A stretch of DNA of 64,000 nt from Deltaproteobacteria bacterium (GTDB lineage Bacteria; Desulfobacterota_D; UBA1144; Nemesobacterales; CSP1-2): assembly GCA_052390235.1 (NCBI GenBank), contig JBQTHB010000005.1:160001-224000 (forward strand), given 5' to 3'. The notes beneath the pieces are model-generated. The model was not told where the DNA came from and did no database searches. It saw nothing but the letters and a program-made list of their open reading frames with translations. Positions 1-8,763 of the stretch are shown here, piece after piece. Positions within the stretch are counted from its first letter, which is position 1. Each line of letters starts with the position of its first letter. Both the position numbers and the translations under genes were made by a program.

Positions 1-2
1 AG

Positions 3-650
3 AAGATGTCCAAATCCCTCGGAAACGTGGTTGACCCGTACAAAATAGCAGATGAATTCGGGGTGGACGCCTTCAGGTATTTTCTCCTCCGCGAGATGCC
101 GTTTGGGCAGGACGGGGATTTCTCGAAACCCGCTCTTGTGGGGCGCATAAACGGGGATTTAGCCAACGGACTCGGCAACTTGGTGAGCCGCTCGCTTGGG
201 ATGATAGAGCGGTATTTGGGGGGGAGGGTTGCCGAACCGGCGGCTTTCGAGGCGGCGGATACGCAAGTGCAGGAGAGATTTGCGCAGACAATTGCCGAGC
301 TGGAGCGCGCTATGGGCGAAACGGCGTTTCACAAGGCTCTCGCCTCAATTTGGGAATTCATCGCCTCGGTGAATAAATACGTGGACGATTCCCAGCCTTG
401 GACGCTCGCCAAACACGGGAAAACGGAGCGTCTTAAAACCGTGCTGTGGACGCTCGCCGCATCCATCGAAGCCGCCGCCATCCTGATTTATCCATTCATG
501 CCGAAAACGGCGGATGTGATTTGGGCGAGGCTCGGACATGAGGATTCCATAGCGGCCCAGACGGGGGCAAATCCCAACTCTTGGGGAGCGCTTACGGCAG
601 GGCGCTTGGTGAATAAGGGCGAGGCAATTTTTCCGAGAATTAAAGAGTGA
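3..650 (+). CDS. metG: Methionyl-tRNA synthetase, 3' part (truncated by window start); short form without C-terminal tRNA-binding domain
   Basis: KMSKSLGNVVDP class I signature at window start; RYFLLRE..FGQDGDFS; NGDLANGLGNL..R; ends GEAIFPRIKE. Confidence 0.95.
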   Translation, partial: KMSKSLGNVVDPYKIADEFGVDAFRYFLLREMPFGQDGDFSKPALVGRINGDLANGLGNLVSRSLGMIERYLGGRVAEPAAFEAADTQVQERFAQTIAELERAMGETAFHKALASIWEFIASVNKYVDDSQPWTLAKHGKTERLKTVLWTLAASIEAAAILIYPFMPKTADVIWARLGHEDSIAAQTGANPNSWGALTAGRLVNKGEAIFPRIKE

Positions 651-653
651 TAT

Positions 654-668
654 TGACAATTTTTGTTT
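654..668 (+). promoter_or_regulatory. Putative sigma54 enhancer-binding-protein (PilR-like) site
   Basis: TGACAATTTTTGTTT, 11/15 identical to TGACAAATTTTGGCA upstream of the pilA sigma54 promoter; 110-124 bp upstream of the -24 box. Confidence 0.45.
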
Positions 669-777
669 CCGTCCTATGCAATGGGTTTCATTTTTGAGTA
701 CCTTAAAAGGGGCTCGCAAAACCCATCTGCGGCAAAATATTCTATAATTCCAAGAGCTTAGCTTTTTCTACTCCCTC

Positions 778-793
778 TGGCACACATATTGCC
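778..793 (+). promoter_or_regulatory. Sigma54 (-24/-12) promoter
   Basis: TGGCAC-ACATA-TTGCC matches TGGCAC-N5-TTGCW with exact spacing; intergenic, directly upstream of the riboswitch and pilus genes. Confidence 0.85.
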
Positions 794-852
794 TCACAAA
801 CAATCGAGGTAAGACCCTTCTTCGCATTGATTGCGGCATCCATCGCCGCAGG

Positions 853-960
853 TCTTAACCGAAAGGGCATACCATCCGAAAGGGTGGGACGCAAAGCCTT
901 CGACCTACGTTCATTGGGCAGTTGACGGTGAATACGGTGGCCGGGTTGCCGAAGTAGAGA
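853..960 (+). promoter_or_regulatory. Cyclic di-GMP-I (GEMM) riboswitch aptamer
   Basis: GGGCATACCATCCGAAAGGGTGGGACGCAAAGCC...GGTGGCCGGGTTGCCGAA closely follows the Vc2 pattern: GAAA-capped P2, GACGCAAAG junction, GGGTTGCC 3' end. G at the G20-equivalent (866); C92/C93 equivalents at 949-950. Confidence 0.93.
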
Positions 961-1095
961 CGCTTTTTCGTCCGCATCACTTTACTTTACGCGCCACCTC
1001 GAGGGATTTCCCCCTAACGGTTCAAGATTCGTGGAAGGAGACAACCTGGGGGGGACAGAGGCAATTGTCCCGAAATCCATTGTGGGAGGCGTAGA

Positions 1096-4000
1096 GTGAT
1101 GAATTTAGGATTCCTGGGCCGCAGGGGCAGATTACTGTTAGCCGTCATCTCGATGTTGTTCTCATCAACGCTCGCTTATGGGGACGACATCACAAAGAAC
1201 CAATCAGAGGATTTAAACCTCCTCATCTCGCAGTTCGTAGGAGGCGAGGCAAACGCCCTTCTAATAATGGATTTATCAAGCTCGATGGGGGTGAATTTCG
1301 GAGGGTCGAACATCGGCAATTGGGACAGCATCTCAAATTCCGCCTCTTCAACCGTACTCGACTGCGAAAGCGTGTTCTGCGACGGTATAGGGGGGTGCGA
1401 CGGCGGCGATATTCTCGGAATTCCGGGGCATTTGCTGCAGCGTGTTCTCGCCTCTCACTGCGCGGAAAACACGGCGAACACGAGCGTCTGCGGCTCAAAG
1501 AACTGCAAAAACGGCGTCTGCGAGGAAGCCGAAGAATTTAACAACCAGCTCGCCTGCGTCCTGCCGTTGGTGGGAAACACGATTTCACTTCTTAACCCGA
1601 TTTTTACCCTAGTGTGCGGAGGGCCCGGCTCGGGTTCATGCGTTACCCCCAAAGAGCGCGCTCTTGCGGCGGCGCTCATGGAGGAACTCGGAGGCATCAG
1701 CACAGACCCGAATCTGAGCCTTGGACTTGGACAGTGCTTCAAGGCTCTTAACTGCAATATCGGAATCGGCTCAGGCACGCTCGGATTTCTCACCTGCTAC
1801 ACTGCGGTAAACTACAATAACTTCAAAGCCTGCATGGCAAACCTGCAGCCTATAACCTACACACAAACCCTGCTTGAGGGACTCCTTCAGCCCGTGCCCG
1901 CCCACCTGAGACGCTCTCCCGCCTGCACCGGCGGAACGCCAAACTGCCGAGGGGTGCCTCAGTACGGAAGCTCCCGCGTGGACGTAGCGCTCGATGTCAT
2001 ATTTGACCTGCTCGACGCCGACGACTCCCTCAACGCTAAAATGTGCAACGACTCGAATATGCTCTACAACAACGCAAGCACGAGCGTGAGCTGCAGAAAT
2101 TATATGGAAACCCCGTTCAGAGAAGTAAGCGCGAAGGTCAGGGGCACGGGAAGCGGCTCTGACCTGCCCACAACCCCGGCAAAACCGCTCATCAACGAAC
2201 TCACAAACAGCGACTCCAGCGTTCTGAAAAATAGATTCCGGGCAATGACCTTCTCAGGAGCCCACTGGGCAGGATGCAGCGCAAACTCCACGTTTCAGGT
2301 CGCCCAAGGCGGATTCGCGGGACAGAGCGAGCTTAAATTTCAAAACACCTGGAAGCACTTCAGAGGCGCGGGACAGGCAAAGGGAGGGTCTCCGCTCGCC
2401 CTCGCCCTAGGATTCGACGACAACAACGGAAACGGAAACGGCGGCGGCAATATCGTAAACGACGACGCCCTTGGAATTTACAGAGTGGAGCTTCAAAGCG
2501 ACCCCGCAATCTCCTGCAGACCGGAGTTTGTCGTGGTCATCACAGACGGAGACGACACCTGCTCTGGGGACTGCGGGGCGACCCCTGAGTCCTGCACCGG
2601 AGCGACGAGTCAGCTTGCGGGACTGCTGGATCTGCAACTCGCGCTCTGCAGCACGGTACTCTCCCCTCTCCTATGCGCAATTACCCCTCTGCCAACATTA
2701 GAGCCTCTGCTCTGCTCCCTCCTCCCTACACTCTGCGGCAAAACCCTGCCCCCTACTACAAACGCAAACCGCAGAAGCTCCATCCAAGCCACAAGCAACC
2801 TCAGAACCTATTACGCGAGAAACCCAGTGTCGAACCGCGGAGAGGTGTTCAAAAAAGAGGTTTTGACGTTCGTTATTTCCATGGGCGCAAAAGACGCCGC
2901 CGCAATTAGAACCGCAAACGCCATGGCTCTTGCAGGAGGCACTCACAGCGCCGGCGTCATACAGCACACAGGCCCGAACGGAGCAAGCGTGGGAACGGTT
3001 GATATTGACGCAATTCTCATCGGCTCCGGCAACTCCGTATATAGAAACATCGGCAAAGCCCTAGGGATTGACACAAACGCATCTGGCGCTCAGCTTGCCA
3101 ATTGCAAAACCCCCAGCGAGAGCGGCTCGTGCAGTTTCCAAAGCGCCGCCGTTTTCAGCAACACCTACTTTGCCTCGGCGGGGCCACTGGAGTCCACAGC
3201 CAAGGGCGAGAGCTTCGCCTTCTTCGTCAACAGCGCCCCGGAACTAGCCGACGCCCTTCAAACCATCCTCGGATTTATTGACACCTTCACCACTTCTGGC
3301 ATCTCGCCCACCGCCCCTCAGTCCTCAACGAGCGTCGCGCTGAGGGACAGGATATTTCTCTCCGTGCTGACTCCCATCACCGATAAACGCCTGTGGCAGG
3401 GGAGAATGGCTCTCTACGGATTCATTGACAACCCAAACAACGCTGGAGGCAAATTGGTAGTTGACAGCACTTCGTCTCAGAACGAGATATTCAACGACGA
3501 CGGCTCGCTCAATGAGTTCGCCAAGAATTTCTACTGGGAAGTAGGCAAGAACCTAGCCGAGAGAAATCTGACCTCCGACCCAAGAAGGCTCTTTACAGTC
3601 AATAGGCTCGCCGACACCGACACCACGACAAACGCAGGAGTCGTAGAAACGATAAGACACAGGGGAGAGACGACGAATTTTAACCTCTCCAATACGGCGC
3701 TTACACCGGAGACATTCGGCATAAGCGATGCAGATGTTACGAGCCCTATACCCTCCTACTGCGCCGCCGGCGGGATTACAAACTGCTCAACCAGCTGCGC
3801 CGATGTGTCTAGCACGGCGTGTAGAACGTGCGTCAAAGGGTGCATCAAAAATAGAGTAATTGATTTCATGAGCGGCAACACCGGCATTGAGCCCGTCGGA
3901 GACCCCATGGGAGGCCCTAAGAGCGGAGGGCAGAGCGCGGATTCCATCGGATATAACTGCTTCGACGCAGTGGCAGGCACGGGGAGTTTCGCAAACTGCT

Positions 4001-5967
4001 CCGTAAGGCTCGGAGACATATTTCACTCCGTCCCGGTTGTGGTAGGGTCTCCATCGCCGCTCTTTTTCGACGAGGGATTTCAAAACTTCGCAAAAGCCTT
4101 CAAAAACCGCTCAGCCGCCATTTACGTCGGGGCGAACGACGGCTTCATGCACTCGTTCCACGCAGGCGAGCTCGTTACAAACCTCTCGACGGCTAATCCG
4201 TTTACGAAGAAGCAGGAATCCATACCGTTTTTTAATGAAGGCACGGGCAAGGAGCTTTTCGGATTCGCCCCGCCGTCGTTTCTGCCGGATTCCATCGCCC
4301 CCACAAGCCCGGTTAATAAAAGCCCAGATCTGCCCGCCGGGGCAATTTCGGGCATAACCCCGCCCGATTACAGATTTGGCGACTTTAAGTCATTTATCAC
4401 CGACAATTCCTACGAGAGGTCATTTTTTGACGGCTCGCCTCTGGTACTAGACGTTTTCATTGACGGATATCTAAATGGAATCGCCAACAGCGCCGCCTGC
4501 ACAAGCGCCCCCGCCCTCGACGGGACAATTGACCCCTGCGGGAAGGAGTGGCATACGATTCTTATAGCCGGCTACAGAAACGGAGGCGGCGCATATACCG
4601 CCCTCGACGTGAGCAACGTCAAATGCTCGGACGGCAGTTGCAGTTCCATTGGGAAGCACAAATCCGCAGGAGCGGACTATCCCAGACACCTGTGGACGAC
4701 TTTCGATAAACACTTCGGAAACACCTGGTCGGAGCCAGTAGCCGCAAGGGTGAGAATGACGGCTCAGGACGGCGGCGGGGCGAGCATCACAACTGACAGA
4801 TGGGTAATATTTGCCGGAGGAGGCATTGACCCCACCGACACCGACCCCACAAACGGAGTCAATTTCAGCAACGCATTTTATGCAATTGACATTGCTACCG
4901 GCAAAATCATATTCAAATTTCACCCCAGCGGAAGCCTCGCAAACGACGATAAAATGGTGTGCGACATGGCGGCTGAGCCGGGGGTGTTCGACCTCAACGC
5001 CGACGGATACGCGGATTTAGTCTATATCGGAGATACCTGCGGCAGACTCTGGAGGTTTGATGTATCCCAGCCCGTCTCCGGCGGCAGCGTCGCTTCTCTG
5101 GGACTCAAGGGAAATGGCAGCATCCAAGCCCCGAACTGGACGGGCGACATCGCCTTTTGCGCCAACACGACTGCCGAGTGCGCTAAGGCGTTCAATCGCC
5201 CGACGACCGCCAGACAGCCCATTTTCTTCGCCCCTACCGTTACACTTGACGACATCGGCAGGAGGCACGTTATTTTCTCCACGGGCAATAGGAGAAACCC
5301 GACCGACCTGGCTCAATCTGGAAAGCTCTATAATTTTATTGACGGATTCATCCCATCCTACTTGGCGGGAGGTTCGGCGGTTGCCGCATCAATGAAAACC
5401 GAAGGCAGTTTCGCCTCCGGTCAAATCATTGACATCGTCCCTCAGACAATATCAGGAGGCACGCTTGAGCAGTTCACTGTAACCGGGGGTTCGGGAATCG
5501 GCAATCTAGGGGAGTTCATGGTGAGATTCCCGAATAACGGCGCGACCAACAACCCGGGCGGCGAAAAGGGGTTCGGCACCCCTATTGTGCTTAACCGAGT
5601 GCTCGTGTTCAGCACCTTCGCCCCGCCGACCGACACTGCGGCAAATCCCTGTTCGAGCGGCACTGGATTTGGAAGGGTATTTGCCCTCGACTACTTGACC
5701 GGGCAGGCGGCTCTTATCAGGGTGCCGGGTTCAAGGGATCTCCTTCAGGGAACAAACACGCAAAAATCACAGGCTGTAGGGATTACCGTAGCCGAGGGGA
5801 TGCCCACTCCGGCGCAGCTGACCTTCGGGGCTAGGGGGTCTGTCGTGATGACAGTCGCCTTCACGGGAAGCGCCTCGGCTGGAGGCTCGCAGTTTCTAGT
5901 GTGGGAGCTTCCCCCGCTCCCGGCGAGGAATCAGTCTCTGTTCTGGGAAGAGCCGCTCGGAAGTTAG
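1096..5967 (+). CDS. pilY1: Type IV pilus tip adhesin PilY1 (copy 1): signal peptide, vWA-like domain with Cys-rich insert, C-terminal PilC/PilY1 beta-propeller
   Basis: Signal peptide; DLSSS and ITDG MIDAS-like motifs; LGDIFHSVPVVVG, YVGANDGFMHSF, DGSP, GNTWSEP, DLNADGYADLVYIGD propeller motifs; next to pilVWX. Start GTG 1096 or ATG 1099 after GGGAGG. Confidence 0.9.
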   Translation: MMNLGFLGRRGRLLLAVISMLFSSTLAYGDDITKNQSEDLNLLISQFVGGEANALLIMDLSSSMGVNFGGSNIGNWDSISNSASSTVLDCESVFCDGIGGCDGGDILGIPGHLLQRVLASHCAENTANTSVCGSKNCKNGVCEEAEEFNNQLACVLPLVGNTISLLNPIFTLVCGGPGSGSCVTPKERALAAALMEELGGISTDPNLSLGLGQCFKALNCNIGIGSGTLGFLTCYTAVNYNNFKACMANLQPITYTQTLLEGLLQPVPAHLRRSPACTGGTPNCRGVPQYGSSRVDVALDVIFDLLDADDSLNAKMCNDSNMLYNNASTSVSCRNYMETPFREVSAKVRGTGSGSDLPTTPAKPLINELTNSDSSVLKNRFRAMTFSGAHWAGCSANSTFQVAQGGFAGQSELKFQNTWKHFRGAGQAKGGSPLALALGFDDNNGNGNGGGNIVNDDALGIYRVELQSDPAISCRPEFVVVITDGDDTCSGDCGATPESCTGATSQLAGLLDLQLALCSTVLSPLLCAITPLPTLEPLLCSLLPTLCGKTLPPTTNANRRSSIQATSNLRTYYARNPVSNRGEVFKKEVLTFVISMGAKDAAAIRTANAMALAGGTHSAGVIQHTGPNGASVGTVDIDAILIGSGNSVYRNIGKALGIDTNASGAQLANCKTPSESGSCSFQSAAVFSNTYFASAGPLESTAKGESFAFFVNSAPELADALQTILGFIDTFTTSGISPTAPQSSTSVALRDRIFLSVLTPITDKRLWQGRMALYGFIDNPNNAGGKLVVDSTSSQNEIFNDDGSLNEFAKNFYWEVGKNLAERNLTSDPRRLFTVNRLADTDTTTNAGVVETIRHRGETTNFNLSNTALTPETFGISDADVTSPIPSYCAAGGITNCSTSCADVSSTACRTCVKGCIKNRVIDFMSGNTGIEPVGDPMGGPKSGGQSADSIGYNCFDAVAGTGSFANCSVRLGDIFHSVPVVVGSPSPLFFDEGFQNFAKAFKNRSAAIYVGANDGFMHSFHAGELVTNLSTANPFTKKQESIPFFNEGTGKELFGFAPPSFLPDSIAPTSPVNKSPDLPAGAISGITPPDYRFGDFKSFITDNSYERSFFDGSPLVLDVFIDGYLNGIANSAACTSAPALDGTIDPCGKEWHTILIAGYRNGGGAYTALDVSNVKCSDGSCSSIGKHKSAGADYPRHLWTTFDKHFGNTWSEPVAARVRMTAQDGGGASITTDRWVIFAGGGIDPTDTDPTNGVNFSNAFYAIDIATGKIIFKFHPSGSLANDDKMVCDMAAEPGVFDLNADGYADLVYIGDTCGRLWRFDVSQPVSGGSVASLGLKGNGSIQAPNWTGDIAFCANTTAECAKAFNRPTTARQPIFFAPTVTLDDIGRRHVIFSTGNRRNPTDLAQSGKLYNFIDGFIPSYLAGGSAVAASMKTEGSFASGQIIDIVPQTISGGTLEQFTVTGGSGIGNLGEFMVRFPNNGATNNPGGEKGFGTPIVLNRVLVFSTFAPPTDTAANPCSSGTGFGRVFALDYLTGQAALIRVPGSRDLLQGTNTQKSQAVGITVAEGMPTPAQLTFGARGSVVMTVAFTGSASAGGSQFLVWELPPLPARNQSLFWEEPLGS

Positions 5968-6117
5968 CTCTCTAGTAACGGAGTCAATGGTCTTTTGTTG
6001 ATTCGCCGAATGCTGGCGGCGGATTCGGGAGAGGCGCAAAAAGTTGCGCCCGAAGTGAAAATTTATTCATATCCACAAGACGGAGTCAGATGAAATATCC
6101 ATTAATTTAGGGGAGGG

Positions 6118-6157
6118 TTAGATTTACCCCCTTGTGGCATTATAATTGTACTATAAT
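6118..6157 (+). promoter_or_regulatory. Putative internal promoter for pilV-W-X-Y1-fimU
   Basis: TTAGAT-N17-TATAAT (6118-6146) and a second TATAAT (6152-6157) in the 225-bp AT-rich gap. Confidence 0.4.
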
Positions 6158-6192
6158 AGCGCGTAACCTATATATCATGGCGGAATCGGCAG

Positions 6193-6894
6193 ATGATTCG
6201 AGTGAAGGATGAAAACGGATTTACTTTTATCGAAATTCTGATAGCTCTCGCGATAATGGCTTTCGGATTTCTCGCCATGGCTCAGATGGAATTCCTTTCG
6301 CTGAAGCAGAAACAGCTCGCCGAGGCGGGAACCATAGCAACGAACATGATTCAATTTATCAGCGACAGGGACATGGCTGAGGTAAAGCGCAGATACCTCT
6401 TAAATTCGGCTGTGTATTCGGACGCGCAGGCGGGGAGAACCCCCAATATGCTCTACTGCGACGGCTCTTCGGACGCCGTGTGCGGAGCCTGCCCCTGCGA
6501 CCCCTTGGAAGCGGTTACGGCTAATCCAGACGACGGCGTTTCGGAGAACTCCTGCGCCGCGCTGAATAGCAGAAATCCCGACCCAAGCCTCCTGCAATTC
6601 AGGGCTACAAAAGCGCTTTGCCAGGCGGACGCCGCCGCTCTGCCCGCAGGAAGCCCCGCGCTTTATGTAACGAAACTGGCTACGACCGACTCCGAAACGG
6701 TAAATGGGGTTGAGGTGCTTACGGTGTCCATCGGATACGCCATAAAAACGCCGGCGCAGTTTGCCGAGACCCCCTTCAGCGGCGACATTCGGGACTCTCT
6801 GGCAAGCCAAACCTATGAAATTACGGCGCAGATTGACAACTATACCGATATTATCGCGGGATGGAGCCAAGTGCGCGTCCCGCACGTGCCGTAA
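6193..6894 (+). CDS. pilV: Type IV minor pilin PilV-like
   Basis: Class III signal NG/FTFIEILIAL with E5; first gene of the minor-pilin run. Confidence 0.8.
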   Translation: MIRVKDENGFTFIEILIALAIMAFGFLAMAQMEFLSLKQKQLAEAGTIATNMIQFISDRDMAEVKRRYLLNSAVYSDAQAGRTPNMLYCDGSSDAVCGACPCDPLEAVTANPDDGVSENSCAALNSRNPDPSLLQFRATKALCQADAAALPAGSPALYVTKLATTDSETVNGVEVLTVSIGYAIKTPAQFAETPFSGDIRDSLASQTYEITAQIDNYTDIIAGWSQVRVPHVP

Positions 6895-6963
6895 GAATTG
6901 AGCGAATGCGGCGACGGGATTCGGTTCCGCCCATTCCTGCCGATGATGAAAGGAGATTAGAGA

Positions 6964-8154
6964 ATGAAAAGCCGTGGTTTTACATTGATTGAGCTTCTCG
7001 TGTCGCTCTCGATTTTCGCGCTGATAATTACGGGCTTAACCATCGCCCTAATTCAGCAGCAGCGGCAGTTCAAGCTCACCCAAGAGGCGATAGACCTCGA
7101 CCAAACGGCGCGCATAACCCTGGATTACCTCGCTACGGAAGTCAGAAACGCAACCTCAAGGCAGGGCAAGACGTTTTCCATACAATTCACAAACGGCGGA
7201 AGCGGAGAATCCCCCCAGTGCTCCGACAACACCGGCGACGCCGGAAGCGCCGACGCCCCGCCCGACTGCCTCACCGTCTATACCTGGGACATAGGCAGAG
7301 GTCAGAACGGCAACAATCTGCCCTCGGTAGCCTCAGGGGTACAAATCGTATCCGCGGGCCCGCCTATGGTTCTGCAGCTCCCTCAGCAGTGGTTTCCGTC
7401 CGGGCAGGCGCGGCTACTTAACGACGGCGATTTCCTCGGCTTCAGGTCCCGCTTGAACCTCTGCAGTCCAAGCTCAAGTGTAAACTGCATCACGACCCCG
7501 CACCTTTGCACCGAATGCTCGGCGATACTGCGCGTAAGCTCGGTTGACACAGCGACGAGACAGGCAACAATTAACGACAGCGCCGCCCTGATTCAAGAAG
7601 AGAACTTCAGCGCCGATTTCACAGCTATGTCCACATTTCTCAGCTCCGCGTTCATCCCCCAAATCGCCTCTGTTGCATCCGAGATGACCATCGTTCAGAC
7701 AAGGACGTTCAGAATTGATATGGACAACGGCGAGCTTGAGATGTCTCAGAACGGGGGGAGTTTTCAACCCATATCCGGAGGGGTGGACTCCCCCGCGATA
7801 ATTGACCTCCAGTTCGTATTTAACCTCCAGGACGCAGACGGCAACATCACGAAAGTTGGAGTCCCTCTTAGCGCGGCAAATAGACGCTACCCCAATTTTC
7901 AAAGCGTCGCCTCGCTGCTGGGACGGGAAAAAGACATCAGAACCGTCGAGGTCTATATAGTCGTAAAATCGAAATTAAAACCGCGCCTGCCACAGGGAGG
8001 AACGGTTTCCCAGACAATCCCCGCCATCGCCGACGTGCTTCAAAGAACCGTTGCAAGCCCATCGGACTTTGACGAGCCGGAAGAGGGATTCGTCTATAGG
8101 GTGTTTTCCACAACGGTCTATATCAGAAATATGGCGAGAGAGGAATTCGGCTGA
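6964..8154 (+). CDS. pilW: Type IV minor pilin PilW-like
   Basis: RG/FTLIELLVSL; QTARITLDYLATEVRNA, IIDLQFVF and C-terminal RVFSTTVYIRN typical of PilW. Confidence 0.85.
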   Translation: MKSRGFTLIELLVSLSIFALIITGLTIALIQQQRQFKLTQEAIDLDQTARITLDYLATEVRNATSRQGKTFSIQFTNGGSGESPQCSDNTGDAGSADAPPDCLTVYTWDIGRGQNGNNLPSVASGVQIVSAGPPMVLQLPQQWFPSGQARLLNDGDFLGFRSRLNLCSPSSSVNCITTPHLCTECSAILRVSSVDTATRQATINDSAALIQEENFSADFTAMSTFLSSAFIPQIASVASEMTIVQTRTFRIDMDNGELEMSQNGGSFQPISGGVDSPAIIDLQFVFNLQDADGNITKVGVPLSAANRRYPNFQSVASLLGREKDIRTVEVYIVVKSKLKPRLPQGGTVSQTIPAIADVLQRTVASPSDFDEPEEGFVYRVFSTTVYIRNMAREEFG

Positions 8155-8181
8155 TTTTTTAGGCAGGGACTCGGATAGGAG

Positions 8182-8763
8182 ATGAATAATATGAAAAAAT
8201 TAAGGAAAGAAGACGGTATCGCGTTAATTCTAGCCCTCTTGATGCTCCTGGTGATGTCCGCGCTCGCCGTAACGATTTCCTTCATGTCGAGCGTTGATTT
8301 TCAGACCATGTCCAATTACAAGCAGGGGCAGGAGGCTTTCCTTGCCGCCGAGAGGTGCGTTGAGGAGGGAAGGCAGAGGTTCGAGACAGTGGGCATTGAG
8401 ACTCTATTTTTCCTCTTGCAGAGCGGAGTCGCCTCAGACGAGTTGACAATAGAAATTGACCTTCCAAACGGCTCGAAGTGCAGAACGGGACCTAGAGGTT
8501 TCAACAGGGCAAGCCCCTCAGACCCCGCGCCTTTCATACAAATCCCTCCGCCCACAAAGGCTTTTGGGAGACCCGTTAAGAACGTGAGCCTGCCCTCAGG
8601 GGGAATCGGCGGGGCGGCTGTAGTCTCGACGAGCTTTCTGGTAACGGGCAAAGACGCGGGAGACAAGGACAAAGATGACACCGACCCGGACCTAAACACC
8701 GGCACAGAAATCGCCATTGGGTTTGAGAGCTTCATTCCCGGAGGGGCAAGCAATGTCTATTAA
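8182..8763 (+). CDS. pilX: Type IV minor pilin PilX-like
   Basis: DG/IALILALLMLLVM lacking E5; AFLAAE PilX N-terminal motif; directly precedes pilY1. Confidence 0.85.
   Translation: MNNMKKLRKEDGIALILALLMLLVMSALAVTISFMSSVDFQTMSNYKQGQEAFLAAERCVEEGRQRFETVGIETLFFLLQSGVASDELTIEIDLPNGSKCRTGPRGFNRASPSDPAPFIQIPPPTKAFGRPVKNVSLPSGGIGGAAVVSTSFLVTGKDAGDKDKDDTDPDLNTGTEIAIGFESFIPGGASNVY

Noticed and set aside
853..960. 3',3'-cGAMP (GEMM-Ib) riboswitch as in Geobacter pilus genes
   Set aside because: The base 5' of P2 (866) is G, not A, so c-di-GMP is predicted; only binding assays can fully exclude cGAMP
831..1094. 87-aa ORF upstream of pilY1
   Set aside because: Overlaps the riboswitch, TTG start without SD, no protein-like features
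3780..3845. CxxC clusters in PilY1 as heme or Fe-S sites
   Set aside because: CRTCV lacks the His of CxxCH; in an exported protein disulfides are more likely
6135..6150. Third bona fide sigma54 promoter
   Set aside because: -12 element is GT rather than GC; kept only as a remark
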